From Phoronis australis (lineage: Eukaryota > Animalia > Phoronida), in NCBI GenBank assembly GCA_002633005.1, contig NMRA01000322.1, positions 124,001 to 188,000 of the forward strand: a DNA stretch of 64,000 nucleotides. Reading direction: 5' to 3'. Below are positions 1 to 12,164 of this stretch, piece after piece. How positions within the stretch are numbered: position 1 is the stretch's first letter; every line of letters begins with the position of its first letter. The notes under the pieces were generated by a model, which worked only from the letters and a program-made list of their open reading frames with translations, was not told the origin of the DNA and ran no database searches. Made by a program: the position numbers and the translations under genes.

Positions 1-290
1 CATTGATCATGCATTAGCTTGCATGCCATAAACAGGGAGGGTGTTAGTCCGATTGGCAGTGAAAATGACCAGAGAAATTCAAGAACCAATCAGGCTATTT
101 GAGCCATGAGCAGAGAAGGAGATTACACGTTACAAATGATTTGAAATAACCTGACCACCACCCCACCATGAGCGTTGTTGGCTTCTGAAGACGGCTGCTG
201 TAAGAAGCCGAAACTGTCAGGGGGTAATTAACTCAACTGGTCATGTCACAAGAATTTTCTAGTACATCTACATTAGACCTTCTTTTAATC
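1..290 (+). mobile_element. Decayed 3' end of a Penelope-like retroelement (GIY-YIG tail plus pseudo-LTR)
   Basis: Frame-shifted pieces IDHALA / HAINREGVSPIGSEND / REIQEPIRL / MSREGDYTLQMI*NNL resemble the PLE endonuclease C-terminus (HxIDWe...REixEAI...MNRDxGY.L..IW). They are followed by a hammerhead-like motif, as is typical of PLE pLTRs. Confidence 0.55.
181..224 (+). ncRNA. Minimal hammerhead ribozyme-like motif (PLE type)
   Basis: CTGAAGA(185-191)-c-GGCT gctgtaaga AGCC-GAAAC-tGTC-agggg: core boxes, 4-bp stem II, GUC triplet at 216-218, short stem I. Confidence 0.55.
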
Positions 291-308
291 AAACGTAAAT
301 TATTTTAC

Positions 309-389
309 CTGCAGCGGACCCCGATGACGATGTCTGAGCAGCTGCAGCGGAGCTTGATGAAGAAGCAGACGCCGACGACACAGAAGAAC
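309..389 (-). CDS. Gene 2 Ser-rich exon (81 nt, phase 1-1): SSVSSASASSSSSAAAAQTSSSGSAA
   Basis: cgtaag|GT...GCA G|gtaaaa; open frame, multiple of 3. Confidence 0.7.
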
Positions 390-749
390 CTTACGAGGAC
401 ATAATGAAAGACATTTCAAACTTAAACTGCATATAAACATAGACTGTACAAAGTTAGTGAAAACCAGGTACATGTAAATCATAATGATGACGAACATCCC
501 ATGCAAATTAGTCACAAGTCAATACGGCAATTAATGAGTTGGTTCAAGTACAAGAGTTGTTAGGCACATGTAACACTTTACATAATATAGAAAACGCTGA
601 GGTTTAGAAAAATTACACTTGCACTGAGTCGGGAAAATGGATCAAAAAATTGCAATTCAATCATAAGTGTCAAATGACTGTCAGATTCTGTTCAGATTCG
701 CACGGAGGGTGACAGCGTCGGTTTATTTTAATTTCCGACGTGTACATAC

Positions 750-833
750 TTGCTGCAGCAGAAGACGTTGACTGCACCGCAGCTACGGAGGAGCTTGAAG
801 GAGAAGCAGACGAAGCCGACACAGAAGACGAGC
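750..833 (-). CDS. Gene 2 type-A exon (84 nt): SSSVSASSASPSSSSVAAVQSTSSAAA
   Basis: tgtatag|GC...GCA A|gtatgt; phase 1-1. Confidence 0.75.
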
Positions 834-1290
834 CTATACAGACAAACACACCAACACGTCAACATGCATCGAGTTAAAAACGCAGTGTTAAAACACGGTT
901 TCACAGTCCATCGTGCACCAAATACAATACTGGGATTGTAAGCCATGCATTTAGAAATAAATAATTGTTTTCGATCAAAGTTAATGGACTTTGCTAAACG
1001 GTGAGTTTTAGAAACAACATACGTAAAGGGCTAGGTTATTACACACGAGACATTGACAATGCCCCAATGAGTACACTACCATTGGCAACATATTTGTTAT
1101 GTGTACTTGACAACACACACGAAACATTCACAATGTTCCAATGACAACATTGGGCAGACTGGCTACAACCCGTTGCTTATATCGAGTCCCTTTGATTGAC
1201 CCACCGAATACTTCTAGAAATGGAACGTGCCATGTGGAGAAAACAACGCAACAGCATTGATGGTTCATTTGATTAATGACTTGTACATAC

Positions 1291-1374
1291 TTGCTGCAGC
1301 AGAAGACGTTGACTGCACCGCAGCTACGGAGGAGCTTGATGGAGAAGCAGACGAAGCCGACACAGAAGACGAGC
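1291..1374 (-). CDS. Gene 2 type-A exon (84 nt)
   Basis: tgcatag|GC...A|gtatgt; phase 1-1. Confidence 0.75.
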
Positions 1375-3111
1375 CTATGCAGACAAACACGCCAACACAT
1401 AAACATGCATCGAGTTAAAAAACGCAGTGTTAAGACACGGTTTCACATTTAAGCCACAACACAGATTCACCAAAATTATTTACCTCGGTTAATAAAGTCT
1501 CACACCAAACTACATGAATATTTTTGAAATTAAAGGTATCCTGCAGTGTCAAATATTCATGATGAAATCTCATTAGAAATTTGATTTTTCTGAGATCAGC
1601 ATCAGCACGCACTCGACCCAGCACCGTCGGGCGTCGCAGTCGAACACCCTCCTGGCACTGCTAAATTTCACTACCTAAAAGGTGGAAATTGTTAAGTGAA
1701 TTTAAAACCTCTCCGTTCCGTTGACGTGATAACATTGCCAAAATAAAAGACTTCGTGAGACATTGCCATGTTCACACTAGCTTCGTTCGCAAGATTTTGA
1801 GTCAACGGAACTCATCCCCTCAAACGCCCTTGATTACAGAAAATGTTTGGCAGACAATGGCGAGCATTATCAATTTGTAATACAATCAAAGGAACACATC
1901 ATATTTTATTCTTTTATAGCTCTGACCAAAGCTAAAAACTTCAACAATAATCTTTTAATTTTCACATGTTTGTGTAAGTATTATGTTTAATAATAATGTT
2001 TGCGTGAGTTTTCTGCTACCATTTTATTTGTCATTCTCTGCAGTACGTGTTGTTCGTAACTTACTTAATTATGTGGATTCGTCTTTATATCATTCTTCCT
2101 CACTGCTCAGAGTTTATTACCACTCTACTTAAGACATGTAAAAACGAGAGCAGTTTGTATAAAAAGTTTGTTACTTGCTTACAAAACACAAAAGTTCAAA
2201 GTATGTGGGAAGACAGTCTTAAAAGAGAACTTTCAATTGAATGGTGGACAACAGACTAGGTTCTTCGTTTACTAAAGACACGAATCTTAAATGGTTCCAA
2301 ATAAGGCCTACCCACAGAATTCTTAGCACCAATTTTTTCTTACTAAAACAGATATAGTTAATTGACCACTCCGTAGATTCTGCGGAAAACTCCCCAAGAA
2401 CCTCTGCCAGGTATTTTGGGATTGTAAAGTTATTCACAATTTTTGAAAGTTGGTGAACAACTGATTTACGGCCAAAACAGTACTTGTTATTAGCTTGAGT
2501 TTGACTGATATCATCTTTGGTAATGTGGGGCCAACCAGGTGATTAATTTCCTTATTTGCTCGGTAAAACGCCATATATATAGAGCTAGGTTAAACTTTTT
2601 GAGTACCATAGCATAGAAAAGGTAATTTACTATAAGAGTTTGGATTATGAGCACTTAGGAAAAAGATGGATCCCTGTAAAACGACTTTTTCTTTAACAGC
2701 CTAATAATCAAACGTGTGACTATAGTCGATTCCGGTGTGAATGGGATGTGTATGGTCTTTGCTAAAATACTCTTGCGTACTTACACCCCTGCAGGGGTTA
2801 AGTTTATAACATTGCTAAACGGTGACTTTTGGAAACAACATACGTAAACGACAAGGTTATTACACACAAAACATTGACACTGCCCCAATGATTACCCTAC
2901 CATTGGCAACATATTTGTTATGTGTACTGGACAACACACATGAAACATTGACAATGTTCCAATGACAACATTGGGCAGACAGGCTACAACCCGTTGCATA
3001 TATCGAGTCGCTTTGCTTGACACACCGAATACTTCTAGAAATGGAACGTGCCGTGTGGAGAAAACAACACAGCAGCATTGATGGTTCATTTGATTAATGA
3101 CTTGTACATAC

Positions 3112-3195
3112 TTGCTGCAGCAGAAGACGTTGACTGCACCGCAGCTACGGAGGAGCTTGAGGGAGAAGCAGACGAAGCCGACACAGAAGACGAGC
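3112..3195 (-). CDS. Gene 2 type-A exon (84 nt)
   Basis: tgcatag|GC...A|gtatgt; phase 1-1. Confidence 0.75.
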
Positions 3196-4929
3196 CTATG
3201 CAGACAAACACACCAACACATAAACATACATCGAGTAAAAAAACGCAGTGTTAAGACACGGTTTCACATTTAAGCCACAACACAGATTCACCAAAATTAT
3301 TTACCTCAGTTAATAAAGTCTCACATCAAACTACATGAACATTTTTGAAATTAAAGGTATCCTGCAGTGTCAAACATTCATGATGAAATCTCATTAGAAA
3401 TTTGATTTTTCTGAGATCAGCATCAGCACGCACTCGAACCAGCAGTGTCGGGCATCGCAGTCGAACACCCTCATGGCACAGCTAAATTTCACTACCAAAA
3501 TGGTGGAAATTGTTCAGTGTATTTAACTCCCGTCCGTTCCGTAGACGCGATAACAACGCCAAAATGAAAGACTTCATGAGACATTGCCATGTTCACACTA
3601 GATTCGTTTGCAAGATTTTGAGTCAACGGAACTCATTCCCTCAAACGCCCTTGATTACAGAAACTGTTTGGCAGACAATGGCGTGCATTGTTAATTTGTA
3701 ATACAATCAAAGGAACACAACATATTTTACTCTTTTATAGCTCTGACCAAAGCTAAAAACTTCAACAATAATCTTTTAATTTTCACATGTTGGTATAAGT
3801 ATTATGTTTAATAATAATGTTTGCGTGAGTTCCCTGTTACCCATTCATTTGTCATTCTTTGCAGTACGTGTTGTTCGTAACTTACTGAAACATGCGGATT
3901 CGCCTAAAATCATTCTTCCTCACTGCTCAGATTTTATTACCATATTACTTAACACATGTAAAAACGAGAGCAGTGTGTATAATAAGTTTGTTACTTGCTT
4001 ACAAAATACAATATTTCGAACTAAGTGGGAAGACAGTCTTAATAGAGAACTTTCAAGTGAATGGTGGACAACAGATTAAATTCTTCGTTCACTAAAGACA
4101 CGAATCTTGAATGGTTCCCAATAAGGCCTACTCACAGAATTCTTAGCACCAATTTTTTCTTATTTAAAACAGGTATAGTTAATTGACCATTCCGTAGATT
4201 CTGCGGAAAACTACCCGAGAACATCTGCCATGTATTTTGGAATTGTTAAGTTATTCACAATTTTTGAAAGTTGGTGAACAACTGATTTACGGCCAAAACA
4301 GTACTTGTTATTAGCTTGAGTTTGACTGATATTATCTTTGGGAATGTGGGGCCAACCAGGTGATTAATTTCCTTATTTGCTCGGTAAAACGCCATATATA
4401 TAGAGCTAGGTTAAACTTTTTGAGTATCATAGCATAGAAAAGGTAATTTACTATAAGAGTTTGGATTATGAGCACTTAAGAAAAAGAAGTATCCCTGTAA
4501 AAGGACTTTCTTCTTTAACAGCCTAATAATCAAACGTGTGACTATAGTTGATTCCGGTGTGAATGGGGTGTGTATGGTCTTTACTAAAATACTCTTGTGT
4601 ACTTACACCCCTGCAGGGGTAAAGTTTATAACATTGCTAAACGGTGACTTTTGGAAACAACATACGTAAAAGACTTGGTTATTACACACGAAACATCGAC
4701 AATGCCCCCAATGATTACCCTACCATTGGCAACATATTTGTTATGTGTACTGGACAACACACACGAAACATTGACAATGTTCCAATGACAACATTGGGCA
4801 GACAGGCTACAACCCGTTGCATGTATCGAGTCGCTTTGCTCGACCCAACGAGTACTAGAAATGGAACGTGCTATGTAAAGGAAACACCTCATACATTGAT
4901 GGTTCATTTGATTAATGACTTATACATAC

Positions 4930-5013
4930 TTGCTGCAGCAGAAGACGTTGACTGCACAGCTGCTACGGAGGAGCTTGAAGGAGAAGCAGACGAAGACGAC
5001 ACAGAAGACGAGC
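4930..5013 (-). CDS. Gene 2 type-A exon (84 nt)
   Basis: tgcatag|GC...A|gtatgt; contained in ORF 4904..5107. Confidence 0.75.
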
Positions 5014-5561
5014 CTATGCAAACAAACACAACAAAAACATAAACGTACATCGAGTTAACGAAAGACGCAGTGTTAAAACAACAATTCATGCTTACGCCAA
5101 AATACAACTAAACAAAACAGAGATCGACAGGTTGTTAAAAGACGCAAAAACTAGGTGAACCTTTGGTACGGCAGATTTAATGAACAGCAGCATTTACTGC
5201 GCTATTTAATGTCATGGACGTGATAAGAATCTGGGGTTTCAAGTACTTAAAATATTTCCCTTCGTAACGTAATAACCGGTATTTAAACAGACCTTTGAAG
5301 TATTATAACAATTAGATGCGAACTGCTTTATTACCGTGGTTATTACAGCATGCAGAAAATATCGTCCTTGGCACTGCAATACAATCCTATGATCGAAGAT
5401 AAACATTTATACTGGGAAAATAAAGCAACAGTATTCACTGCAGAGTGCTTTTGCATGAGCTGAATAACTTAGTTTGACCCCACCGCATGTTTCCGGAAGT
5501 GGTATATGCATATAGCAAAAAACAACTGTGTTGGTTCATATGGCTAATGACTTAAACGTAC

Positions 5562-5645
5562 TTGCTGCAGCAGAAGACGATGACTGCACCGCAGCTACGG
5601 AGGAGCTTGATGGAGAAGCAGACAAGGTCGACACAGAAGACGAGC
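5562..5645 (-). CDS. Gene 2 type-A variant exon (84 nt): SSSVSTLSASPSSSSVAAVQSSSSAAA
   Basis: tactcag|GC...A|gtacgt; phase 1-1. Confidence 0.7.
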
Positions 5646-6113
5646 CTGAGTAGTTAAACACATGAACACATAAACATATATCGGGTTAACGAAAGACGCT
5701 GTGTTAAAAACAACACACACTTATATCACAATACCACTAGACAGAACAGATTGACAGGTTATTGTAAAACACAGAAACCGGGGTTTAGTTTCATGAAAAT
5801 CTAAAATCGGTTTCACGCTCCATAAAACTATTTCTGAAATGTAATTAAAAGCCACTCGCGCAAAAGCACAAAGCCTCTGGAAATATACAGATACCTGATA
5901 GTTACTGATTTCTATCAAATATTTCTAGACGGCAATGCACCAATAATTACTTCGCTCAGTGTTTATTTCCAAATCGTGAAACGGGAGCTAAAATCAAATT
6001 TCTTTTCTAGGTCCTTGGTGACTTTAATAAATTGCCCCCCTTGTAAAACTGATACGGCAAACTTGGTGGACTACAATTCATCATTAAAACTACAAGGCAT
6101 CTAACTGCGTTAC

Positions 6114-6239
6114 CGGTAGATGTCGCTGATGAGCTAACTGCAGCAGATGACGAAGAAGCTACTGCAGCAGACGAGGAAGACTGAGCAGGAGCAACAGAAC
6201 TTGACAATGAAGCAACCGAGGGTGACACAGAAGAAGAAC
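6114..6239 (-). CDS. Gene 2 type-B exon (126 nt): SSSVSPSVASLSSSVAPAQSSSSAAVASSSSAAVSSSATST
   Basis: ttgttag|GT...ACC G|gtaacg; inside ORF 6007..6300. Confidence 0.75.
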
Positions 6240-6829
6240 CTAACAAGCACACGAACACAGTTACACACACGGTACAAGACAAGACACAAACACATAGCAA
6301 ACTGTTTATTAAAAGTTAGCAGTCAAACAACACAAAAACAGTTAACCCACTGATAATAAACTCATGACTGTTATAATCGTAAAGATAACACAAGACCCTT
6401 GAAATCACTTGTCTACGTTGGCTTCCAAAAAGTAAAGATTTTCGACAGAGATAATCTAACTTCCATATAATTTGATCGGCAAAGTGTATTTTGTTGCCCT
6501 TTGTGTAGACAATCTAACGCGGAAGCTCGCTACATCTGAACTTTGACTTTCAATTTCGGGCCTTAATAGGCATAGACAGTTGATCTCAACAACCCTTTCA
6601 CGTCCTGATAAAATATCAACCGGGGATTGGTTCTCAGCTTTGTGGGTAATCATGAATTTATCGATTTTGTTTGTGATAAATATTATGAGCTTCATGAATA
6701 CCTTTCATATTCGTAAACAATTACCACGCGGATATCAATTCGGTTGTGCCTGATAAACACCCTAAACTAAACAAGATTGTCTTGTCAGCAATAAATTGTT
6801 TAAAATAGAGTGAAAGGGTTTCCCGACGG

Positions 6830-7090
6830 TGTTGTAATAGAGTTTTACAAGTATTGCTTGTCACCACTGCAAAAGTAGTGTTGGGACTGTTCAATCACAT
6901 ATTAGATTCGGGTACTTATCCTAATCAGTGGGCGCTAGGTGCCATTGTTCCTGTATTTAAAAGTGAGTCAATGACTGACCCTGGGAATTACAGGGGTATA
7001 ACCTTACTTGACTTTGCTGGTATTTTTTTTTTTAAATATTGTGCAATCGTCTAAATTGCTGGGCAGAACATAATTAATTCCTCTAGAGGC
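6830..7090 (+). mobile_element. Non-LTR retrotransposon (LINE) reverse-transcriptase N-terminal fragment
   Basis: ORF 6854..7054 LFNHILDSGTYPNQWALGAIVPVFKS..DPGNYRGITLL matches the conserved LINE RT start (LFN.....G..P..W....I.P..K.G...p.NYRgIsLl). It frameshifts in a poly-T run. Confidence 0.85.
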
Positions 7091-7331
7091 TGAAGCCGGA
7101 CTCAGAAATAATTACACCACAATGGGCAACACATTTGGTGTGTGTACTGTACAACACACACGAAACATGGACAATGCCCCAATTATTACATTGGGCAGAC
7201 AGACTACAACCCGTGGCATGTATCGAGTCGCTTTGCTTGATCCACCCAATACTGCTACAAGTGGTAGGTGCCATGTGGAGAAAACATCAGAACAACATTG
7301 ATGGTTCATTTGATTAATGACTTGTACATAC

Positions 7332-7415
7332 TTGCTGCAGCAGAAGACGTTGACTGCACCGCAGCTACGGAGGAGCTTGATGGAGAAGCAGACGAAGACG
7401 ACACAGAAGACGAGC
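7332..7415 (-). CDS. Gene 2 type-A exon (84 nt)
   Basis: tgcatag|GC...A|gtatgt; phase 1-1. Confidence 0.75.
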
Positions 7416-8088
7416 CTATGCAAACAAACACACCAACACATAAACGTACATCGAGTTAACGAAAGGCACAGTGTTAAAAACACGTTTCCATGCTTACGCC
7501 ACAATACAACTAGACAAAACAGAGATTGACGGGTTCTTATAAAAACATAAAAACCATGTGAACATAAGGTATGGCAGACTTTACAAAATGTACAGTGTTA
7601 AAAACAATTCACGCTTATGTCACAATACCAATAGACAAAAAAACGATTGACAAGTTGTTAGAAAAACATAGAAACCAGGGACTTGTTTCGTGAATAGTGA
7701 CTTGAACCTTAAAACAGAAATTACGCTCCACAAAACTATTTTTACGAAGAATATTACTTGAGCAAGTATTAGATAGAGGCAATGCCTCTTGGCGCTTTCT
7801 GGGTATGTTTATTTATTGTGCTAAATATTTCATAATAAACATTTAAAAGAAAATCCTTGAGCAAAAGCGCAAAGCCTTGAGAACATACAAACGTGTAATA
7901 GCCACTGATCTCTAACAAACAGGTGATGCGCTAATGATTACTTGGTTAAATCTTTATTCAAAAATTGTGAAGTGGGAACCAAATTTCTTTCCTAAGTCAC
8001 GTTCATAAAATGGATCCCTGGTGAAACTGATACGGCAGACCTGGGACCTGGTGGACCGCACTTGTTAAAAGGCATAGAATTACGTTAC

Positions 8089-8217
8089 CGCTAGGCGTCG
8101 CTGATGACGAGCTAAATGCTGCTGATAAGGAAGCAGCTACTTCAACCGAAGACGAAGTCTGCGCATGAGCAATGGAACTTGACGACGAAGCAACCGAGGG
8201 TGACACAGAAGAAGAAC
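8089..8217 (-). CDS. Gene 2 type-B exon (129 nt): SSSVSPSVASSSSSIAHAQTSSSVEVAASLSAAFSSSSATPS
   Basis: ttgctag|GT...AGC G|gtaacg; inside ORF 8003..8293. Confidence 0.7.
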
Positions 8218-8955
8218 CTAGCAAACACACACACTCACTGTACAGAACACGACACACACTTAGCACACAGTTTGTTAAAAAGTTAGTAGTCAAACATTAC
8301 GACAACAGTTAACAAAGTAATGCCCGACTAACGCCTGGCATGTGCCGCGTAAAGAAAACATCAACCGCAAACTTCAATGTGTCCACGTTGGCTTTCAAAA
8401 TGAACATTTTTCAAAGAGAAAATACTGACTTGCTCTTAATACTACCATAGTATCGTGTAATACGTTGCCTTTTTGTGTAGATAATCTACCACGGAATTCC
8501 CAAAGTTCTCAGATTTAACTGTCGAGGTGCAGTTCGAATAGTCATAGACTCAGCAACCCTTTCACGACTAATACAGTGCACATTTGTAGTTCTAACTATA
8601 ATAGTCACCATAAACGAGGTCGTCTGATTATAACATCTGTGCACGTGATACGATTTTGTGATGCCAAGCATCTATTATCGTTTTTTTTTGAATGATAGTT
8701 AGCAATTAAACAGATCTTCCAAGGACCGTAACAATAGGAGACGAATTGCATAAATAACTAGGTCATTACAACACTGGCACTGCAGAACTTGTCAATTTTC
8801 AGAGCTTAACCTTTATACTGGGCAGACAGAGCAATAAAACACATTGTAGATTCATTTTGCATTTAATGAGTTCATTCGTTTTGACCCAACCAAATGTTCC
8901 GACTATCAAAATACAACAATGTTGGTTCATATTATTTTTTATGACTTATACATAC

Positions 8956-9039
8956 TTGCTGCAGCAGGAGACGATGACTGCACAGCAGCTACGGAGGAGC
9001 TTGATGGAGAAGCAGACAAGGTCGACACAGAAGACGATC
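8956..9039 (-). CDS. Gene 2 type-A variant exon (84 nt)
   Basis: tgcttag|GA...GCA A|gtatgt; phase 1-1, open. Confidence 0.7.
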
Positions 9040-9614
9040 CTAAGCAGTCAAACACACCAACACATAAACACACAGAATTAAAAAGAATTCCCGCTCACGT
9101 CACAAGACCACTAGACAAAACAGAGAGTGACAGGTTGTTATAACAAAGGCAACGCTGAGGCGTTGATATGCTCCCGCGGTGAATCGCATGCGATATGATT
9201 CTAAGGACCACTAGGAGGTGCTGCAGTAGTCGAATCACCCGGAAAATCAAATGAAGTCGGCTCACTGACATCACATACCGCCAAGTCAAGTTTCATTGAA
9301 ATCTGTCAATCAGGTCTCTAAATATAATCCAGAAACTGCAACAATGCCTAGCTTATTACAGCATGCAGAAAAAATTGACATTGGCACTGTAAAACTTCGG
9401 AGCTCAACACTTATGTTGGGTAAACACAGTGATAATAAGCATTATTACAGCATGCAGAAAATATAGAAATTGGCACTGCAAATCTTTCCAATGTTCGGAG
9501 CTTAACATTTATGTTGGGCAAACACAGCAATAGAATGCTCTGTAGAATCCTTTTGCATGTATTGAGTATTTTTCGGACAGTCTTGGTTGATTTGATTTAA
9601 TGACTTATACATAT

Positions 9615-9688
9615 AGAAGGCGATGACTGCACAGCAGCTAAGCATGACCTTGATGGCGAAGAAGATTAAGCCGACATAGAAGACGAGC
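9615..9688 (-). pseudogene. Dead type-A exon copy (pseudo-exon)
   Basis: Acceptor intact, but in-frame TAA (9666-9668) and a deletion that removes the 3' end of the exon and its usual GT donor. Confidence 0.7.
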
Positions 9689-9895
9689 CTATGCAGACAA
9701 ACACACCAACACATAAACATGCATGGAGTTACATGTAACTTAAGACACGGTGTTAATTAAAGGACAATTCAACGCATACGCCAAAACACATTAAAACATA
9801 GATTGGAACGTTTTTATCAAAAGACAGAAACCAAGTAAAATCAACACGGCAGATTTCATGGACTACATGTCTCCCGTAATGCTTAAAGGTGTTAC

Positions 9896-10003
9896 CGGCA
9901 GGTGTCACTGATGATGAGCTATCTGCAGCAGATGATAAACCACCTGTAGTCGATGACGAAGACTGTACAGCACCAACGGAACTCGATGACACAGAAGATG
10001 AAC
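9896..10003 (-). CDS. Gene 2 type-C exon (108 nt): SSSVSSSSVGAVQSSSSTTGGLSSAADSSSSVTPA
   Basis: ttgttag|GT...GCC G|gtaaca; differs from the 12367 copy by an in-frame 18-nt deletion. Confidence 0.7.
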
Positions 10004-10954
10004 CTAACAAACACGTAAACTCTGATACAAACAAGACACGAACCATCACAAACAAGCAATTTGATGAAAAACACACTACAAAACACCACAATAGTAAACA
10101 TAATCCTGCACAACTCGGGTCAGTGAAAGTCAGCTAACCTCTTAAAATATAAATTGAAAAGACGACTATGAATAGGTCAACAGTTCGGTGCTTTATTTTT
10201 AAAGCAGTCAACTGATGTTCTTTATGGGTCGTCAGTAATGCAGTTTACGCAATTCCATCTATGGGGTTGTTGTCGTTTTTGTTTTCAGGTGGTACGGTGT
10301 CGCCTCGTAAGCCTCCGATGACATTGCAAATGGCGTGGGGAAGTGAAAACTCATTTATATTATTTACGTTTTGTGTGGTGAGAACTAAATTTATATCACC
10401 AATTATGAAATCAATAAATAATATTGTAAAATACACGTGTCGGTAGAATTTGCTCTATTTGTGAATCCAGCACACGCTCACATTCAGATAAATACTTTTT
10501 GACACGTATACACCGAACACAGGGAAGCCTGCATGGTGAATATCTGATATCGATTTTGTCTTAATATTTGCATTCTATCACTGCAAGGCGTAAACATGCA
10601 GCAAACCGAGTCAAAAAGTCTGATCCAAAGGGTAGATTCATTCAGAGGTTGGTTGGCTGATTGGTTGATTACTTGATTGATCCATAAAACGATTGCCTGG
10701 TTGATAATAATTCGTATGCAACAGTTTTGGTGATAAAAATTAATGCAGTCTTATGGCCCTGATGAAGAGATTATCAGTGCAACTAGACTCACAAACACAT
10801 GAGACTCAACTGAACAGTCACTTAACGCTGAAGAGATTATCAATGCTAACAGACGCACAAACACTCGCCACACAACTGAACAGTCACATAAGGAGTATAC
10901 CATCAACGTTTTAAGCGCATCTGGCGTGCTAACACCGCACTCGTTTTTTAACTT

Positions 10955-11109
10955 CAGTGGCGGATTTAGAGGGGGCCAAGGAGGCAATAGCCGTCTCCTA
11001 AAATTCTCCCAGGTTCCATTTGCCAGTTCGGCGATGCGAATATATGACGGACAAAATCATGGCTAATAGTCTGCNCACCCCCAGCTCAAAATCCTTGGAT
11101 CCGCAACTG
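10955..11109. mobile_element. MITE with imperfect TIRs and a 5-bp target-site duplication
   Basis: CAGTGGCGGAT...ATCCGCAACTG termini, flanked on both sides by AACTT (10950-10954 and 11110-11114). Confidence 0.7.
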
Positions 11110-11234
11110 AACTTGGCTCTTGGTGACTCCTACCGCGGTGACAAATTGCCAAAAACAGTACAGAACAGACCTCAGGTTGATAATAAGGGTCGTCGTAAGT
11201 GAAAAGCACCACATCTGGTTCAGAGTTAACTTAC

Positions 11235-11303
11235 CCTGAGCATCCACTGATGACGCACTTGCTGACATGGAATCCGTCTGGGGAGCCTGGGCCAAAGAAG
11301 AAT
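11235..11303 (-). CDS. Gene 2 exon (69 nt): DSSLAQAPQTDSMSASASSVDAQ
   Basis: tttgtag|AT...CAG G|gtaagt; phase 1-1. Confidence 0.75.
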
Positions 11304-12090
11304 CTACAAAGTCAAATATGTAAGTCAGGCACGTGGGAAGGTAAATAAGGTGCACTCATTCGACTTGGCAATGCCTGTATCTCTCTGATCCCGAATTTCA
11401 GCTTCTCACATCGGCACTACTTGAACCTAGCCAATGTCGCACCTCCCGCCATAGGAGTGGAGATTTTAGCAACCCACACCTCACCATAGGGGTGCTGAAT
11501 ATGATGTTTGAAGGGATCCAAGGAAGCACACACAAGAAACTGGAAAACAAATTTTTCAACAAAAAGGTGAATTTTAAACCAGAACACGATACACGCGTTA
11601 CACGTTTATGGTTGGATTTGGACCTTCAAGGTGCCAAAAAGAAAAAACGGGCAAATCATTCTTTAAAACGTCAGAAAGCAACGTAAGAAATTATTAATGA
11701 GAGCTACAAAATGTGTAGAAATACAAGGATAAATAGTGTCATCTTGGAGTTAATTAGACGGAACATGGTTTTGGAAATTTTTTTAATAGATCAGTTTATT
11801 TCAGTGGCTATATGAGATCTGAGGTCAAGATTCAATGAATTAGTGTAGTGACGACAATGGTCACGATAATTTTGAACGTCCCTGAATATTTGTCACTTGA
11901 TACAACTCTGGGATCTGAAAGATTAAAGAATATATTGTATAGAAATTGGCACTGCAAATCTTTCCAATGTTCGGAGCTTAACATTTATGTTGGGCAAACA
12001 CAGCAATAGAATGCTCTGTAGAATCCTTTTGCATGTATTGAGTACCTTTCGGACAGTCTTTGTTCATTTGATTTAATGACTTATACATAT

Positions 12091-12164
12091 AGAAGGCGAT
12101 GACTGCACAGCAGCTAAGCATGACCTTAATGCCGAAGAAGATTAAGCCGACATAGAAGACGAGC
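12091..12164 (-). pseudogene. Dead type-A exon copy (pseudo-exon)
   Basis: Same in-frame TAA and donor deletion as 9615-9688. Confidence 0.7.

Larger units (their letters stand above)
985..5100. repeat. Tandem ~1.82 kb exon+intron modules (about 2.3 copies), one type-A exon each
   Basis: Type-A exons at 1291, 3112 and 4930 (spacing 1821 and 1818). The intervening intron sequence is nearly identical, e.g. ttgctaaacggtga at ~991, ~2813, ~4634. Confidence 0.9.

Noticed and set aside
750-9039. Regularly recurring 84-bp repeats as a CRISPR-like array
   Set aside because: Eukaryotic DNA; the repeats are exons with kb-scale homologous spacers, and there are no cas genes.
1227-9143. Repeated + strand acidic ORFs (AAAEDVDCTAATEELDGEADEADTEDEP) and the minus-strand MFMCWCVCLHRLVF ORFs
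   Set aside because: These are antisense or off-frame shadows of the TCN/GCN-rich exons. Splice sites support only the minus-strand Ser frame.
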